Part shown: in pieces, positions 18,306 to 28,232 of the stretch
Position numbering within the stretch: the stretch's first letter is position 1
Layout of the letters: the number at the start of each line of letters is the position of its first letter
NCBI GenBank assembly: GCA_942491955.1
Contig: CALOCV010000030.1
Span: forward strand, 8,473 to 72,472
Origin: Parachlamydiales bacterium
GTDB taxonomy: Bacteria; Chlamydiota; Chlamydiia; Chlamydiales; CALOCV01
Direction of reading: 5' to 3'
DNA: 64,000 nucleotides
Notes under the pieces: model-generated
Told to the model about the DNA's origin: nothing
The model's input: only the letters and a program-made list of their open reading frames with translations
The model's database searches: none
Made by a program: the position numbers and the translations under genes

Positions 18306-20519
18306 ATGGATAGGATTCCAATATATGAATGGAGACGAGATCCTTATATTGGTGGAGATGGGCACACCTATTATGAAAATAGATTTATAACTCGTTGGGC
18401 ACCTAAACCAACACCTTGTCTTAGCGAATACCGATTCGATAGTCTTCTCCAAAGCCCAGATATAGGAAAAGGAAAGACACGGCATTACGTTGTTCTTTCT
18501 CTTCCTCCACACTCACTGCTCTCTTCGATAAAACAGAAAAACGTCGATTCTCCCGTCAAAAAATGGTTCATCCAGCAAAAAGAGCAAAAACACAATGTTG
18601 AGCTCGATTGTTCTATTCAGAAGACGGATAGCGGCACCCCAATTCTCTCTTTGGGATACGATCCTCGTCCGAAAGAGATGGATGACCTCTCCCCTTCAAA
18701 AGGAAAAAATGTCTTTCTTTGTGTCCAAGTTGTTTGGAGCGCCATTACACGCAATGGCGACGGAACAATTAAGGATAGAGTGCGCTACAACCATTCTCCT
18801 GAATTTTTAGCAGATGATGAATCCTTCTACCCCGATTGCCGAACGATGCAAAAGGAAGGAATTGTCCCGGAACAATTGATGACAAATGGTTGGGATGCAT
18901 GGATGCGCATTCGTTTTTTAAAACAATATCTTTTGACACAACACGATCCCGATACACACCTTCCCCGATTGAGTGAAAAATACTCCATTACTTCTGAACC
19001 GTCTTTAGAAGATTGTTTTTGTAACTTACGCTATATTGAAACGATACGCGATGCCACCGGTGGCAGTTTCTCTCATTTTCCTATTATTCGAGAGATAGCA
19101 ATTCATTCATGGTCTAACTGCGAATTGAATATTCCTGTTGCATCCGTACTCGATAAAATCCACCACGAAGTTGGTTCGATCCGACACCGACGCATCAAAC
19201 GCAAATTAGAACCTGAAGAACCTTGGGTCTCTCAATATTTTAAACAATTTATTCACGGTTTTGTGATTGATCCTGGATTCAACTTTACATTGAATCCCTT
19301 TACTTCCTGCATCGGCTATGAACGACTCGATCTAAACTTTATTCTTTTACAGCTTGGTAATGATCGGCAATCTGTCAACAACTACCTTACCTATTTACAA
19401 TTGAAACAAAAAGACCTTCAAAACTATGGAGTCTCGCAACTAAGATTTGGCTGTTCAATCCTTGCTCCAGATATTGCCAATGCTCAAAACGAACAAGAGC
19501 AGTTCGATTTACGCAAAAAAATGCAACCTGCTTTGGTCGAAGCGCTTGAATGCATCACGATGAGTGAAAAAATCACACACGACATCGATCAAATAAAAAA
19601 AAAATTTTTAGAAAAACCATCTTTTTTGTCCTCAATAAAGCAAAAATGTGGAGACATATTAACTGATGATCCTGTTGAGATGTACCCAAGGTGCAAAAAA
19701 ATCATTCAGCCTCAATACGACTGGGTTTTTACAGAACAAAGCATTCCTCTTACGGGTGAAGAAATCATTGAATTGCCTGAATCCGATCGTGATCCCGAGC
19801 TGCCAAAGACCCTTCTTCGCATGGAAGAATTGGAAAATTTGATTCGAGCAAAATGTCGCTTAGGATCCGATGCGTTTCATATTGAACAATATGAAAAGGT
19901 GTTTGGTGACATCCAAACAAAAATTCAATCTCTTGACACCACATGGAAAATGTTGAAAGAGAAGATCCCTTCCGAAGAAGGTAAAGAGCCATTTCTCGAA
20001 CTGATAGAACAATGGACATTATGGAAACAGGAATACTCTTTTTATCAAGGTATGTTTGCTGCTGATATCAATAAGACTCTATTGACTCCTCTTACTGAGA
20101 GATTAGAGCAACACTTGAAAGCACTTAAACCGATTAAGGATTCTTCTTCACTTCCTTTTTATCAAAAATGGATGCAGAACAGTCTTTCTCAATATCGAGA
20201 AAACATCAAAAAAATCCAAGAATTGCAAAACAAGTGGCAAAGCAACCTAGAAAAGGTAAGGAGTCAATTTCTTCAAATTTCTTCTCAAGAACAGATCAAT
20301 GAATTCGATATGACTGTTGAACAAAAGAAAAAGACCTTTGATGTGTCCATTCCCCCAGTCGATGTAAACAGCCGCATCACGGCTTCTCAACTTGTAAATA
20401 ACAGTAAAAAAGATTTTGAAAAAAAAGGAATTCTTGAAATCTACAGAAAAATAGACCCATGGGCCGATGAAAAAAAGAAAGATCCAGCTTGGCTTCAGGT
20501 AGAAAACGTGTCTACGTAG
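18306..20519 (+). CDS. Large hypothetical protein (737 aa) with possible N-terminal U-box-like motif
   Basis: ORF with aggag upstream. The N-terminus RDPYIGGDGHTYYENRFITRW resembles the U-box core DPV....GHTY.R..I..W. Confidence 0.55.
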   Translation: MDRIPIYEWRRDPYIGGDGHTYYENRFITRWAPKPTPCLSEYRFDSLLQSPDIGKGKTRHYVVLSLPPHSLLSSIKQKNVDSPVKKWFIQQKEQKHNVELDCSIQKTDSGTPILSLGYDPRPKEMDDLSPSKGKNVFLCVQVVWSAITRNGDGTIKDRVRYNHSPEFLADDESFYPDCRTMQKEGIVPEQLMTNGWDAWMRIRFLKQYLLTQHDPDTHLPRLSEKYSITSEPSLEDCFCNLRYIETIRDATGGSFSHFPIIREIAIHSWSNCELNIPVASVLDKIHHEVGSIRHRRIKRKLEPEEPWVSQYFKQFIHGFVIDPGFNFTLNPFTSCIGYERLDLNFILLQLGNDRQSVNNYLTYLQLKQKDLQNYGVSQLRFGCSILAPDIANAQNEQEQFDLRKKMQPALVEALECITMSEKITHDIDQIKKKFLEKPSFLSSIKQKCGDILTDDPVEMYPRCKKIIQPQYDWVFTEQSIPLTGEEIIELPESDRDPELPKTLLRMEELENLIRAKCRLGSDAFHIEQYEKVFGDIQTKIQSLDTTWKMLKEKIPSEEGKEPFLELIEQWTLWKQEYSFYQGMFAADINKTLLTPLTERLEQHLKALKPIKDSSSLPFYQKWMQNSLSQYRENIKKIQELQNKWQSNLEKVRSQFLQISSQEQINEFDMTVEQKKKTFDVSIPPVDVNSRITASQLVNNSKKDFEKKGILEIYRKIDPWADEKKKDPAWLQVENVST

Positions 20520-20885
20520 TCATTTAACGAGTATTATCTTAAAAATACCTCACCTTAAAAGAGAATTAAATTCCACATTATCTTGCTGATTTGTTATACT
20601 AACTTTCGCAAAAGGAACTATTATTTCATTTATTCCGCATCACTCCCCGCTCTTTTGAAATTGATTTTTTGTTGTTACAAAACAGTTCTCTTTCTCGCTA
20701 CATCTAAGCAATGCGTTTTCCATTTTGTAAAATGATTGTTTTATTTTTAAAATAATTTGCATTTATTTATACAGCCTTCTATCCTTTAACGCTTTTAAAC
20801 CCAATGAGAGGAATTTTATTCCCTTATCATTGTTAACTAGAAGCTAAGTATTTTTTTATAATTATCATACACCAGGTCTCAATCT

Positions 20886-22067
20886 ATGAATTCTCTCTCT
20901 CCTATCGGTAATCACCATCTAAGCCCTCAATTGCCCGTATTAGTTCAATATGGACAGGATTGGGATAAGTTAAATCCTTGGAAGGAAAATAATTTACCGG
21001 GATATATGGCGATCGGTCATAACAACACAGTGGATAAGTGGGATGATAAAAAGTTGGAAAGAATACACACCTTTTCGGAAGGAACAAAAATTCTTTCAGG
21101 AGTGCGAGCAGGTAATGATCCCTGGATCGTTTATTTCCTTGTTCAAGAAGAAAATGGCTTAAGTATTCATGAATTTAAAAGCTCTATCTATCTAAGACAA
21201 ATCACTCAATTAGAAATTCCTTCAGAAACACAATCGGTATGCCTTATTCCAGACTACAAATGGAGTTTGAAATACGGCACATATGCCGTTTGGTTTGCTG
21301 CGATTAAAACCACTGAAATCTATGCAAAATTCATTACCGAGGGTGAACGCAAATGTGAAGATCAACACATTCCTCTTGAACGACCACTCCTAATGATTCT
21401 AAATCAATATCCCAACGATCTCATTCTCATTTCAAAAGAGGGACATCTAGACCGTTGCTCTCTCCACGAAGGGACGATAACACCACTATCATCGGATGCT
21501 CTAGGACCCATGAAAATGGGGACACAGGAATTCCCAGGATTAGCAAAAGAGTACGGCATGTCTGTTAAAGAAGATGGCACATTGCTCTATTGTAACACTT
21601 ATGACAAGAAAAAAGACCCCGTTTACCAATTGTCAACAGAGATATTATCTCTAGATTATCAAAAATACCAACAACCGACAGGCTCCTTTTCCGCCTGCTC
21701 TTTCATACCTCGCCCTATATGGATGGCTCATACCCTTTTTGTAACGACGGATCGCCGAGAAATTGCCGTATTTGGCTGTCAGCGACCAGGGACGAGTTTT
21801 TCTTTACTATTTGATCCTTTTGTTTTAAAAAAGGCTGTTGTTAAAGGACAATACGATGAGGTGCCCGTTCGAGATAGTGTGGAGTTGATCGATATTAAGT
21901 ATCTTTCCATGATAGGTCAAGGACTCGCTTTTGTCCTTGTTGGACGGGATTTACAACAAAACCAAATTCTTCTCTACCACATCTATTGTTACCATAGAAA
22001 TGGCTCTAGCGAAGAACAACGATTTAACTACATTAGAGAAATCGCTACCTACCCTTTGTCACAATAG
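20886..22067 (+). CDS. Hypothetical protein (393 aa)
   Basis: Long ORF in the AT-rich block. No motif recognised. Confidence 0.45.
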   Translation: MNSLSPIGNHHLSPQLPVLVQYGQDWDKLNPWKENNLPGYMAIGHNNTVDKWDDKKLERIHTFSEGTKILSGVRAGNDPWIVYFLVQEENGLSIHEFKSSIYLRQITQLEIPSETQSVCLIPDYKWSLKYGTYAVWFAAIKTTEIYAKFITEGERKCEDQHIPLERPLLMILNQYPNDLILISKEGHLDRCSLHEGTITPLSSDALGPMKMGTQEFPGLAKEYGMSVKEDGTLLYCNTYDKKKDPVYQLSTEILSLDYQKYQQPTGSFSACSFIPRPIWMAHTLFVTTDRREIAVFGCQRPGTSFSLLFDPFVLKKAVVKGQYDEVPVRDSVELIDIKYLSMIGQGLAFVLVGRDLQQNQILLYHIYCYHRNGSSEEQRFNYIREIATYPLSQ

Positions 22068-22070
22068 ATG

Positions 22071-23963
22071 TTAAGCAGATAAGGCCATACCTGACCATCC
22101 AAAATGCAATTGAATCTTTTTTCCCTTCTTTGCATCGACGAGGAGTTTTGCGGGCATTTTCACTTCTCCTTTCTCCCAAATTTCAGGGTGTTTAGAGAGA
22201 ACAGAGACTTGGATGCGTTGTTTGCTGCCTTGACCGTTTCTCATCGTAATGGTTGTTTTTCGGAAAAACCCTAACATGAATATTAGAACCCTTAAGAAAG
22301 CCATGCGTATTTTGTGATTTTTCGATAGCGTTCCTAGAAACACAATTTTCTTAAGCAAAAAATTATTGGGCTTCAATTGAAATAGACTCAAAGAGGTATT
22401 TAAGGGAGTTGAAGTTCCTAGGTGTTGTTGGATGGTTTCATTCGTGTAGCCTTTGTTGCGCAAGGATTTCATGGCTCCATTGAAAATCGTCTCGATCTTT
22501 TGCATGCAATTTTCTCCCGCCATTTGGAAAAGGAGGTTGTTTTTGCGAGATGCGTCTAGCATGGAATAAATGCTTGTTTGAAGGGCATTGTTTCCCTCTT
22601 TACTTAGTGGATAGACGTCAAAGCATTGGATGCGTCGGCTTTGATCGGCGATATCGGGATAGGTCATTTTTCCTTTCACGGATTTGGAGAGAAATAAAAA
22701 GGCCTCTTTTAGGTGGGCAAGATTGGGCCATTTTTTTGCGTACGCTCCAAAGGGGTAGATCTTGTATTGATTTGTTTTTGGCTGGTAGATAACCAGATCG
22801 GAAAATCCATGCCAACCTTGTAAATCGGGTTCTGTAGTCGCTCCTGAGGCTCGAACAACAAAATGGTCTTTGCCCTTTTCTACTTTTTCACCATAACGTT
22901 GTTGAAGATCTTCGAAAGAAAGAGAGTCGTAGTCGGGGAATTTTTCTAGACAATCAAAAGGAACGGGAGTTGTTGTCCCATCGGGATGGGTCCAAGCAAG
23001 GTCCTTATTATCCCAGGGAATAAATCCCTTTGCTGGAAAACACTGCCATACCTCAGTCCCCTTAGAGTGATGGTATTTAAAATCGCGGAAGAGATTTCTC
23101 ATTGTCCATCCCTCTCGGATTCCATCCATATGAATCGATGCTTCAAGATCAATTTGATGCCATTGATCGCAAATTTTCATTTCGACAACAGATCTTTTCA
23201 AAGAGGGATTGTGTTGAATGCGGAGAACCTTCTTTCCTCCTCGACCTAAAGCATCGACCATTTTGGACGAGACGAATTTATGCGTCAGCAATGCCTGCCG
23301 TACAACGAGAAATACGGGAAGATTGCGTTCAATCACATTTTCAAAGAGATAATTTGCATATTGAGGATCGGTCACTGCATAATTGACAACATCAAAATCT
23401 TGTAAAAGTTCTTGCAACTGTCTCTCTTCAATGGCATTCAAATCGGAATTCCCTAAAAAGAGTTTGTTGTTCCTTTTCCAATCGATCAATGCGTTGCGGA
23501 GTTCTATTTTATTTTGTTTTTTATCTGTGTCTGTAAGTTCCTCGGAAGGAGAGGTAACTCCATAGAATTGAAAAGAGAGGGCTTGAATTTTTTTGTTCCA
23601 TTTAGCTTCTAAACCTGCCTTTTTTATTGGTTTTAATGGGAAAGAACAAAAAAATCGGTCGCATATTTGTTTAATGCTGTTGTAAATGGTTTTCCTATTT
23701 TCATGACACATATCCTCTTGCATCGTTTTATGAAAAATTGCTTGTTTGAATGTTTTGAGAAGACGATAGTAATCTCGAGAATTGCATTGTTTTAATTCTT
23801 CTCCAATTTGTCGGCGGGAATAGGTGTTATCAATTGTAACATTCCCGGTTGTAGGATCGATTGCAATTGCTTTCGGATCTAAGAGCATCAGATCCCAGCT
23901 AAACACTCCTTCTTGATCAAACAAATTGTACGTGGTTGTTGCTGAAGAAACAGAAGCTACCAT
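22071..23963 (-). CDS. Hypothetical protein (630 aa)
   Basis: Long ORF, convergent with 20886..22067. No secure motif. Confidence 0.5.
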   Translation of the reverse strand: MVASVSSATTTYNLFDQEGVFSWDLMLLDPKAIAIDPTTGNVTIDNTYSRRQIGEELKQCNSRDYYRLLKTFKQAIFHKTMQEDMCHENRKTIYNSIKQICDRFFCSFPLKPIKKAGLEAKWNKKIQALSFQFYGVTSPSEELTDTDKKQNKIELRNALIDWKRNNKLFLGNSDLNAIEERQLQELLQDFDVVNYAVTDPQYANYLFENVIERNLPVFLVVRQALLTHKFVSSKMVDALGRGGKKVLRIQHNPSLKRSVVEMKICDQWHQIDLEASIHMDGIREGWTMRNLFRDFKYHHSKGTEVWQCFPAKGFIPWDNKDLAWTHPDGTTTPVPFDCLEKFPDYDSLSFEDLQQRYGEKVEKGKDHFVVRASGATTEPDLQGWHGFSDLVIYQPKTNQYKIYPFGAYAKKWPNLAHLKEAFLFLSKSVKGKMTYPDIADQSRRIQCFDVYPLSKEGNNALQTSIYSMLDASRKNNLLFQMAGENCMQKIETIFNGAMKSLRNKGYTNETIQQHLGTSTPLNTSLSLFQLKPNNFLLKKIVFLGTLSKNHKIRMAFLRVLIFMLGFFRKTTITMRNGQGSKQRIQVSVLSKHPEIWEKGEVKMPAKLLVDAKKGKKIQLHFGWSGMALSA

Positions 23964-24093
23964 AAATATTTACCTTTGCGTGAATTAAATTCTTGCCTTC
24001 TTGTTCACCTAACAAGGTTTCATCAACAAGAAGTCAAAGGGGGAAATCCTATACGATGATGCTTTTCTTGCCAATAGAAGGATCATTTCTTTT

Positions 24094-24171
24094 GATGACA
24101 AGGAAATTGACCGACGGCTTGCTACGAATAGCAGCTCTTATGATCGCCTACAAGGACCAGCAACGACAAAA
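24094..24171 (+). repeat. 78-nt perfect copy of an internal segment of gene 16606..17946
   Basis: 24094-24171 is identical base for base to 16801-16878 (gatgacaaggaaattgaccgacgg...caacgacaaaa). Confidence 0.9.
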
Positions 24172-24184
24172 GCAGCTGTTTGCC

Positions 24185-24352
24185 TAGGGTGTGTCATCAA
24201 TTAGATGAATTTGTAGATCATGGTAGATGATTCGACGATCGTTCGTGTGGAAGCCGAAGCAAACTGAGTTCAGTTGGCGAGGCTGAACGCAAACGATCGT
24301 CGAATCAGATGCCATGAGATGCAATTTTAGCCAATTGATGACACGCCCTAGT
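24185..24352. repeat. ~168 bp imperfect palindromic element (REP/MITE-like)
   Basis: ctagggtgtgtcatcaattag...gattcgacgatcgttcg // cgcaaacgatcgtcgaatc...ccaattgatgacacgccctag. The outer and inner arms are reverse complements. Confidence 0.75.
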
Positions 24353-24595
24353 AGCTACTCCTTTTTTAGCAAAGATGCTCGATCGCTGGATAGGTGAATT
24401 GTTTTTCTTAAAATGAGTAGAAATTTGTCCTTTTTTTGCAGCCATTTATGCCTCTTTGTTAAAGAAAATTAAATGAATACCACAATGACTCAAAAATGTG
24501 TTCTAATTTCATGCACTCTGGATCCATTTCTGATGTCACTTGACAAGAAAGCTAAATGAGTAACAAAATCGCCATTTCCTGATAAGGAGGATTAA

Positions 24596-24823
24596 ATGGA
24601 AAAATTAGACGTTACAGGAAAAAAAGAACTCACATCTTTAAAATTTGATTGGAAGATTTACCAATTGAATGCCGCTTCCACAAAGTGCTGTGCAGGAGGC
24701 ACTCGGGATGTGACCGGAAGACATGGAGGTAACAAAGGCACTTCGCTACATACCATTCCAATGCACCATGATGAAACAGATGCAAAAGACGTTGTATCAA
24801 CCTATGGATATTTGAGACATTAA
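24596..24823 (+). CDS. Small peptide (75 aa), candidate RiPP precursor
   Basis: Very strong SD (taaggaggattaaATG). Ends 20 nt before the LanM-like gene. Contains KELTSL, two Gly-Gly sites (CCAGG, RHGG) and many Ser/Thr. Confidence 0.55.
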   Translation: MEKLDVTGKKELTSLKFDWKIYQLNAASTKCCAGGTRDVTGRHGGNKGTSLHTIPMHHDETDAKDVVSTYGYLRH

Positions 24824-24843
24824 AAAAATTAGAAGATGCTAGA

Positions 24844-26379
24844 GTGAAATTTAGAGATTCCCTTCGGGCTCAGTATTATCTTGCAGTTTTAGAAAGGGGA
24901 ATTTCTAATGCAACTTTGCAATTTCCTCGACCGTCCATTTTTGCAAAAGATCTCTTTTCAATTCTTTGTGATTTTAGCACGGAATTATCGGAAGAACTTG
25001 ATCAGCTTTTACTCCCTACCATTGTCTATGAACTATATAAAAGCAAAAAGTTAGGTCATTTAGAGGGATTAACGCCTTTTGAACGCTATAAAAGCTTTTT
25101 TCTGAATCAACATGGTTATACTTCTCAGTCTCGCTCTCTCATAAAAACTTATCCTTACCTCTTTGAAATGGTGGATGAGGTTACAACTCGATCGTTCTTA
25201 AATCTAATTAAATGTTTGAAAAGACTTGAGGTGGATTTTGAAGAAATTAAGAGATATTTTAAACTCTCACCTAAGTGCCTTGTTGAGAAAGTCAAAATTC
25301 TTTCTTCTTCTGATAGACATCGCAATCAACAATCTCTGCTCTTATTTTTTTCTGATAATACGAGGCTGATTTACAAACCAGTTGATTTGCAACTTGATGA
25401 ACTTTTTGATCAATTTATTCAGAACCTAGACCTTCCTGATCCTTTCAATCTTGCATGTAGAAAAATTCTGCCTAAAGATAAATATGGCTGGCTTGAGTAT
25501 ATTTCTCCAGATTCTTGTAATTACTTAGAAGAAATTAGACACTTCTACAAAAGAGCAGGGGCTTTATTAGCGATCGCCGACACTCTTAACTATTCTGATG
25601 GTCATTGTGAGAATATTTTGGCTCATGGTTCTTTCCCTGTTCTTTTAGATGGAGAGACCTTGTTTCAAAATTACGCAATGCCTATTCAAGAAAGCAAAAG
25701 CATTATATCGACACAGCTCATTCAAAAATTCACCAGAAAACAGAAAAATAAAATAAACTATTCCGCCCTTCAAGCAACTGATGAAGAACGATTTGAATCC
25801 TTATTTACATATGCAATCGATGATCAAACAGATGAAATGAGGATTGCTTATAGCGGATATAGTCAAGAGATAAACCATCATCGCCCTGTATTTAAAGAAA
25901 AATTTTATAATTCATCTGAATTTTTAGAGGAAATCATTCATGGTTTTTGCTTTTGCTACGATTTAATAACAGAAAAAGCTCCTCAGTTTTTGAAACGTGC
26001 ATCTTGGTGGGATCAAGTTGCCACCGTACATTCGAGAATGGTTATAAGGGACACAAGCGCTTATTTTTATCTCCAAAGAAGGATTCAGCAACCCGAATAC
26101 TGCAAATCTAAAAAGAAAGCTGAAGCATTCGTGAGAAATAAGCTAGGCGATACTCCTTATACTGATTATGAAATTAAGGATATTTTAGAACTGAATATCC
26201 CCTATTTTTATCAAATACCTGGAGAACAACATCTTTATGACGGAAAAAACCGGTGCTACTTGCAGGTTTTTCCCAGTACTGCCGTCGATTGGATAAAAAA
26301 ACATCTCAAGGCGCGGTCTGAAAATAAAAAGCTATGTGACTGTAAACTTATTCGCAAATATCTGTCAAAAAAACACTGA
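24844..26379 (+). CDS. Stand-alone LanM-type lanthipeptide dehydratase domain (DUF4135-like), no LanC-like cyclase domain
   Basis: RLIYKPVDLQLDELF...KYGWLEYI...FYKRAGALLAIADTLNYSDGHCENILAHGSFPVLLDGETLF matches the kinase-like core of class II LanM N-terminal domains. At 511 aa it is too short to contain a cyclase. Confidence 0.7.
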   Translation: MKFRDSLRAQYYLAVLERGISNATLQFPRPSIFAKDLFSILCDFSTELSEELDQLLLPTIVYELYKSKKLGHLEGLTPFERYKSFFLNQHGYTSQSRSLIKTYPYLFEMVDEVTTRSFLNLIKCLKRLEVDFEEIKRYFKLSPKCLVEKVKILSSSDRHRNQQSLLLFFSDNTRLIYKPVDLQLDELFDQFIQNLDLPDPFNLACRKILPKDKYGWLEYISPDSCNYLEEIRHFYKRAGALLAIADTLNYSDGHCENILAHGSFPVLLDGETLFQNYAMPIQESKSIISTQLIQKFTRKQKNKINYSALQATDEERFESLFTYAIDDQTDEMRIAYSGYSQEINHHRPVFKEKFYNSSEFLEEIIHGFCFCYDLITEKAPQFLKRASWWDQVATVHSRMVIRDTSAYFYLQRRIQQPEYCKSKKKAEAFVRNKLGDTPYTDYEIKDILELNIPYFYQIPGEQHLYDGKNRCYLQVFPSTAVDWIKKHLKARSENKKLCDCKLIRKYLSKKH

Positions 26380-26397
26380 CTTTGTCCCCTGGCTGAC

Positions 26398-28232
26398 ATG
26401 AACATCAAAAATAAACTTTCTAATTTTCTCGATAAAATAAAGATCCACTTGTGGGGCACAAAACAAATCATTGTTGCTGCACCCAAAGAAACGGGAATTC
26501 TCTCTTTATTAATTGTTTTCCAGGGAATCATTCCTGCCTGCTCTCTTTTCATCGTGCAAGTGATCATTAATTGGATCCTATCTCCCGAAGTATTTTTTCC
26601 TTTAGGGTTAGTTCTAGCATGGAGTGGAATTCTCGTCTTGGGAACTGTGATCAGCCCAGTTATCTCTGTGATTCGCATCAAGCTCAATGAAAAAGCCCTC
26701 ACTCATTGCAACGTGCTGTTGATGGAAAAGGCTAATAGCATTGAGGGACTAGCTCCTTTTGAAAATCCCAAAGTTTATGATCAGATGCAATTTCTTAAAA
26801 ATGAATCTGCTCGGCGTCCTTTAAATTTCGTCTTCATTATCACAGGATTAGTTAAGGATTTCATTGCTCTATGCTCCATTCTCGTAGTCCTTTCAACCAT
26901 TAATCTTGGGATGCCTATTTTCATCCTAATTGTCTCTATTCCACATGCGATTTCCACCTATTGGTTTGAAAAGCAAACATGGATAGATATGCTTTTAGGA
27001 GCCCGGAGGCAAGACGATTAGCATGGTTGTCTTCTTTGACCTTAGATGAGCGTTATTCCAAAGAAATTCGTCTTTTTGGGTTTGGAGATTTTCTTGTAAC
27101 TCAATACAAAACTTTTGCTAAATCCTTTCATACTGCCTTTAGCACCGAGCGATGGAAGAAATCCTGCAGGTTTGTCTCTCTTTCATTGATCTCTGTTCTT
27201 GGTAACATCATCATTTTTATTTTTGCTATCATGCATGCTAAACAGGGTAATTTGACTGCAGGTGCTGTTGTTATGATATTACAAGCTTTAGTCATGGCAC
27301 AATTGGAGATCAATGGGCTTATTCAAGATTTTGGTATGCTAGCTCAAACAATGCTGTTCTTTGAAAAATTCTATCACTTCTTGAAGGCTGATTTTTGCTA
27401 CTTAATCACCAAAAAACAAGCTATTCCTACTGACCCTTTTCCCAAAAATATCATTCGCTTTGAAGGGGTTTCTTTCACTTATCCAGATGGAAGAAAGGTA
27501 CTTTCAAATATAAGTTTTTCTATCCCTATTGGAAAAAAAATTGCAGTTGTTGGAGAAAATGGAGCAGGCAAATCGACTCTTGTGAAGCTTTTAGCACGCT
27601 TCTATGATCCTACAGAGGGAAAAATCTTGATTGATGGGGTTGATTTACAAGAAATGGATTTGAAAACATGGAGACAATACTTGAGTGTGGTTTTTCAAGA
27701 CTTTGGTCAATACCACCTTAGTGCTAAAGAAAACATTGGGATAAGTCGTTCTTTTTTCGATCTCGAGGAAATTACAGAAGCTGCCAAAAAGGGAGGATTT
27801 GATTCTGTTGTCGCAAAACTTCCTGCTGGATTTGAATCCATGTTGGGAAAAGAATTTGGGGGGACTTCTCTATCTGGAGGAGAATGGCAAAAAATGGCCA
27901 TGTCACGTGCTTTTTTTCGAGATGCCAACATATTGATTTTAGACGAGCCTACGTCTAATTTGGATCCAAAAAGTGAACATGAAGTTTTTCAAAAGTTCTC
28001 AGAAAACACTGAAAACAAAACGACATTTTTCATTACCCATCGTCTGGGATCTGTGAGAATGGCGGACTGGATTCTCGTCTTGAAAAATGGAAAATTGATT
28101 GAAGAAGGAACGCATGAAGAACTTCTTTCAAAGAAAAATGGAGAATATGCTTGTCTTTTCTCACTTCAAGCCGATCGTTATACAACCAAAGAAGTAGGTA
28201 AACAACTCTCGCCTAAAGGCAAAAGCTTTTAG
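26398..28232 (+). pseudogene. ABC exporter (fused permease plus ATPase), frame broken between TM4 and TM5
   Basis: ORFs 26398..27021 (TM1-4) and 26979..28232 (TM5-6 plus NBD with GENGAGKSTL, LSGGEWQ, ILILDEPTS). The shift must lie near 26968-26985. No N-terminal C39 peptidase domain. Confidence 0.75.

Noticed and set aside
24299-24445. 48-codon minus-strand ORF (MAAKKGQISTHFKKNNSPIQRSS...) with an aagagg SD.
   Set aside because: It is short, runs into the palindromic element, and no family was recognised. It is mentioned under the palindrome finding but not called as a gene.
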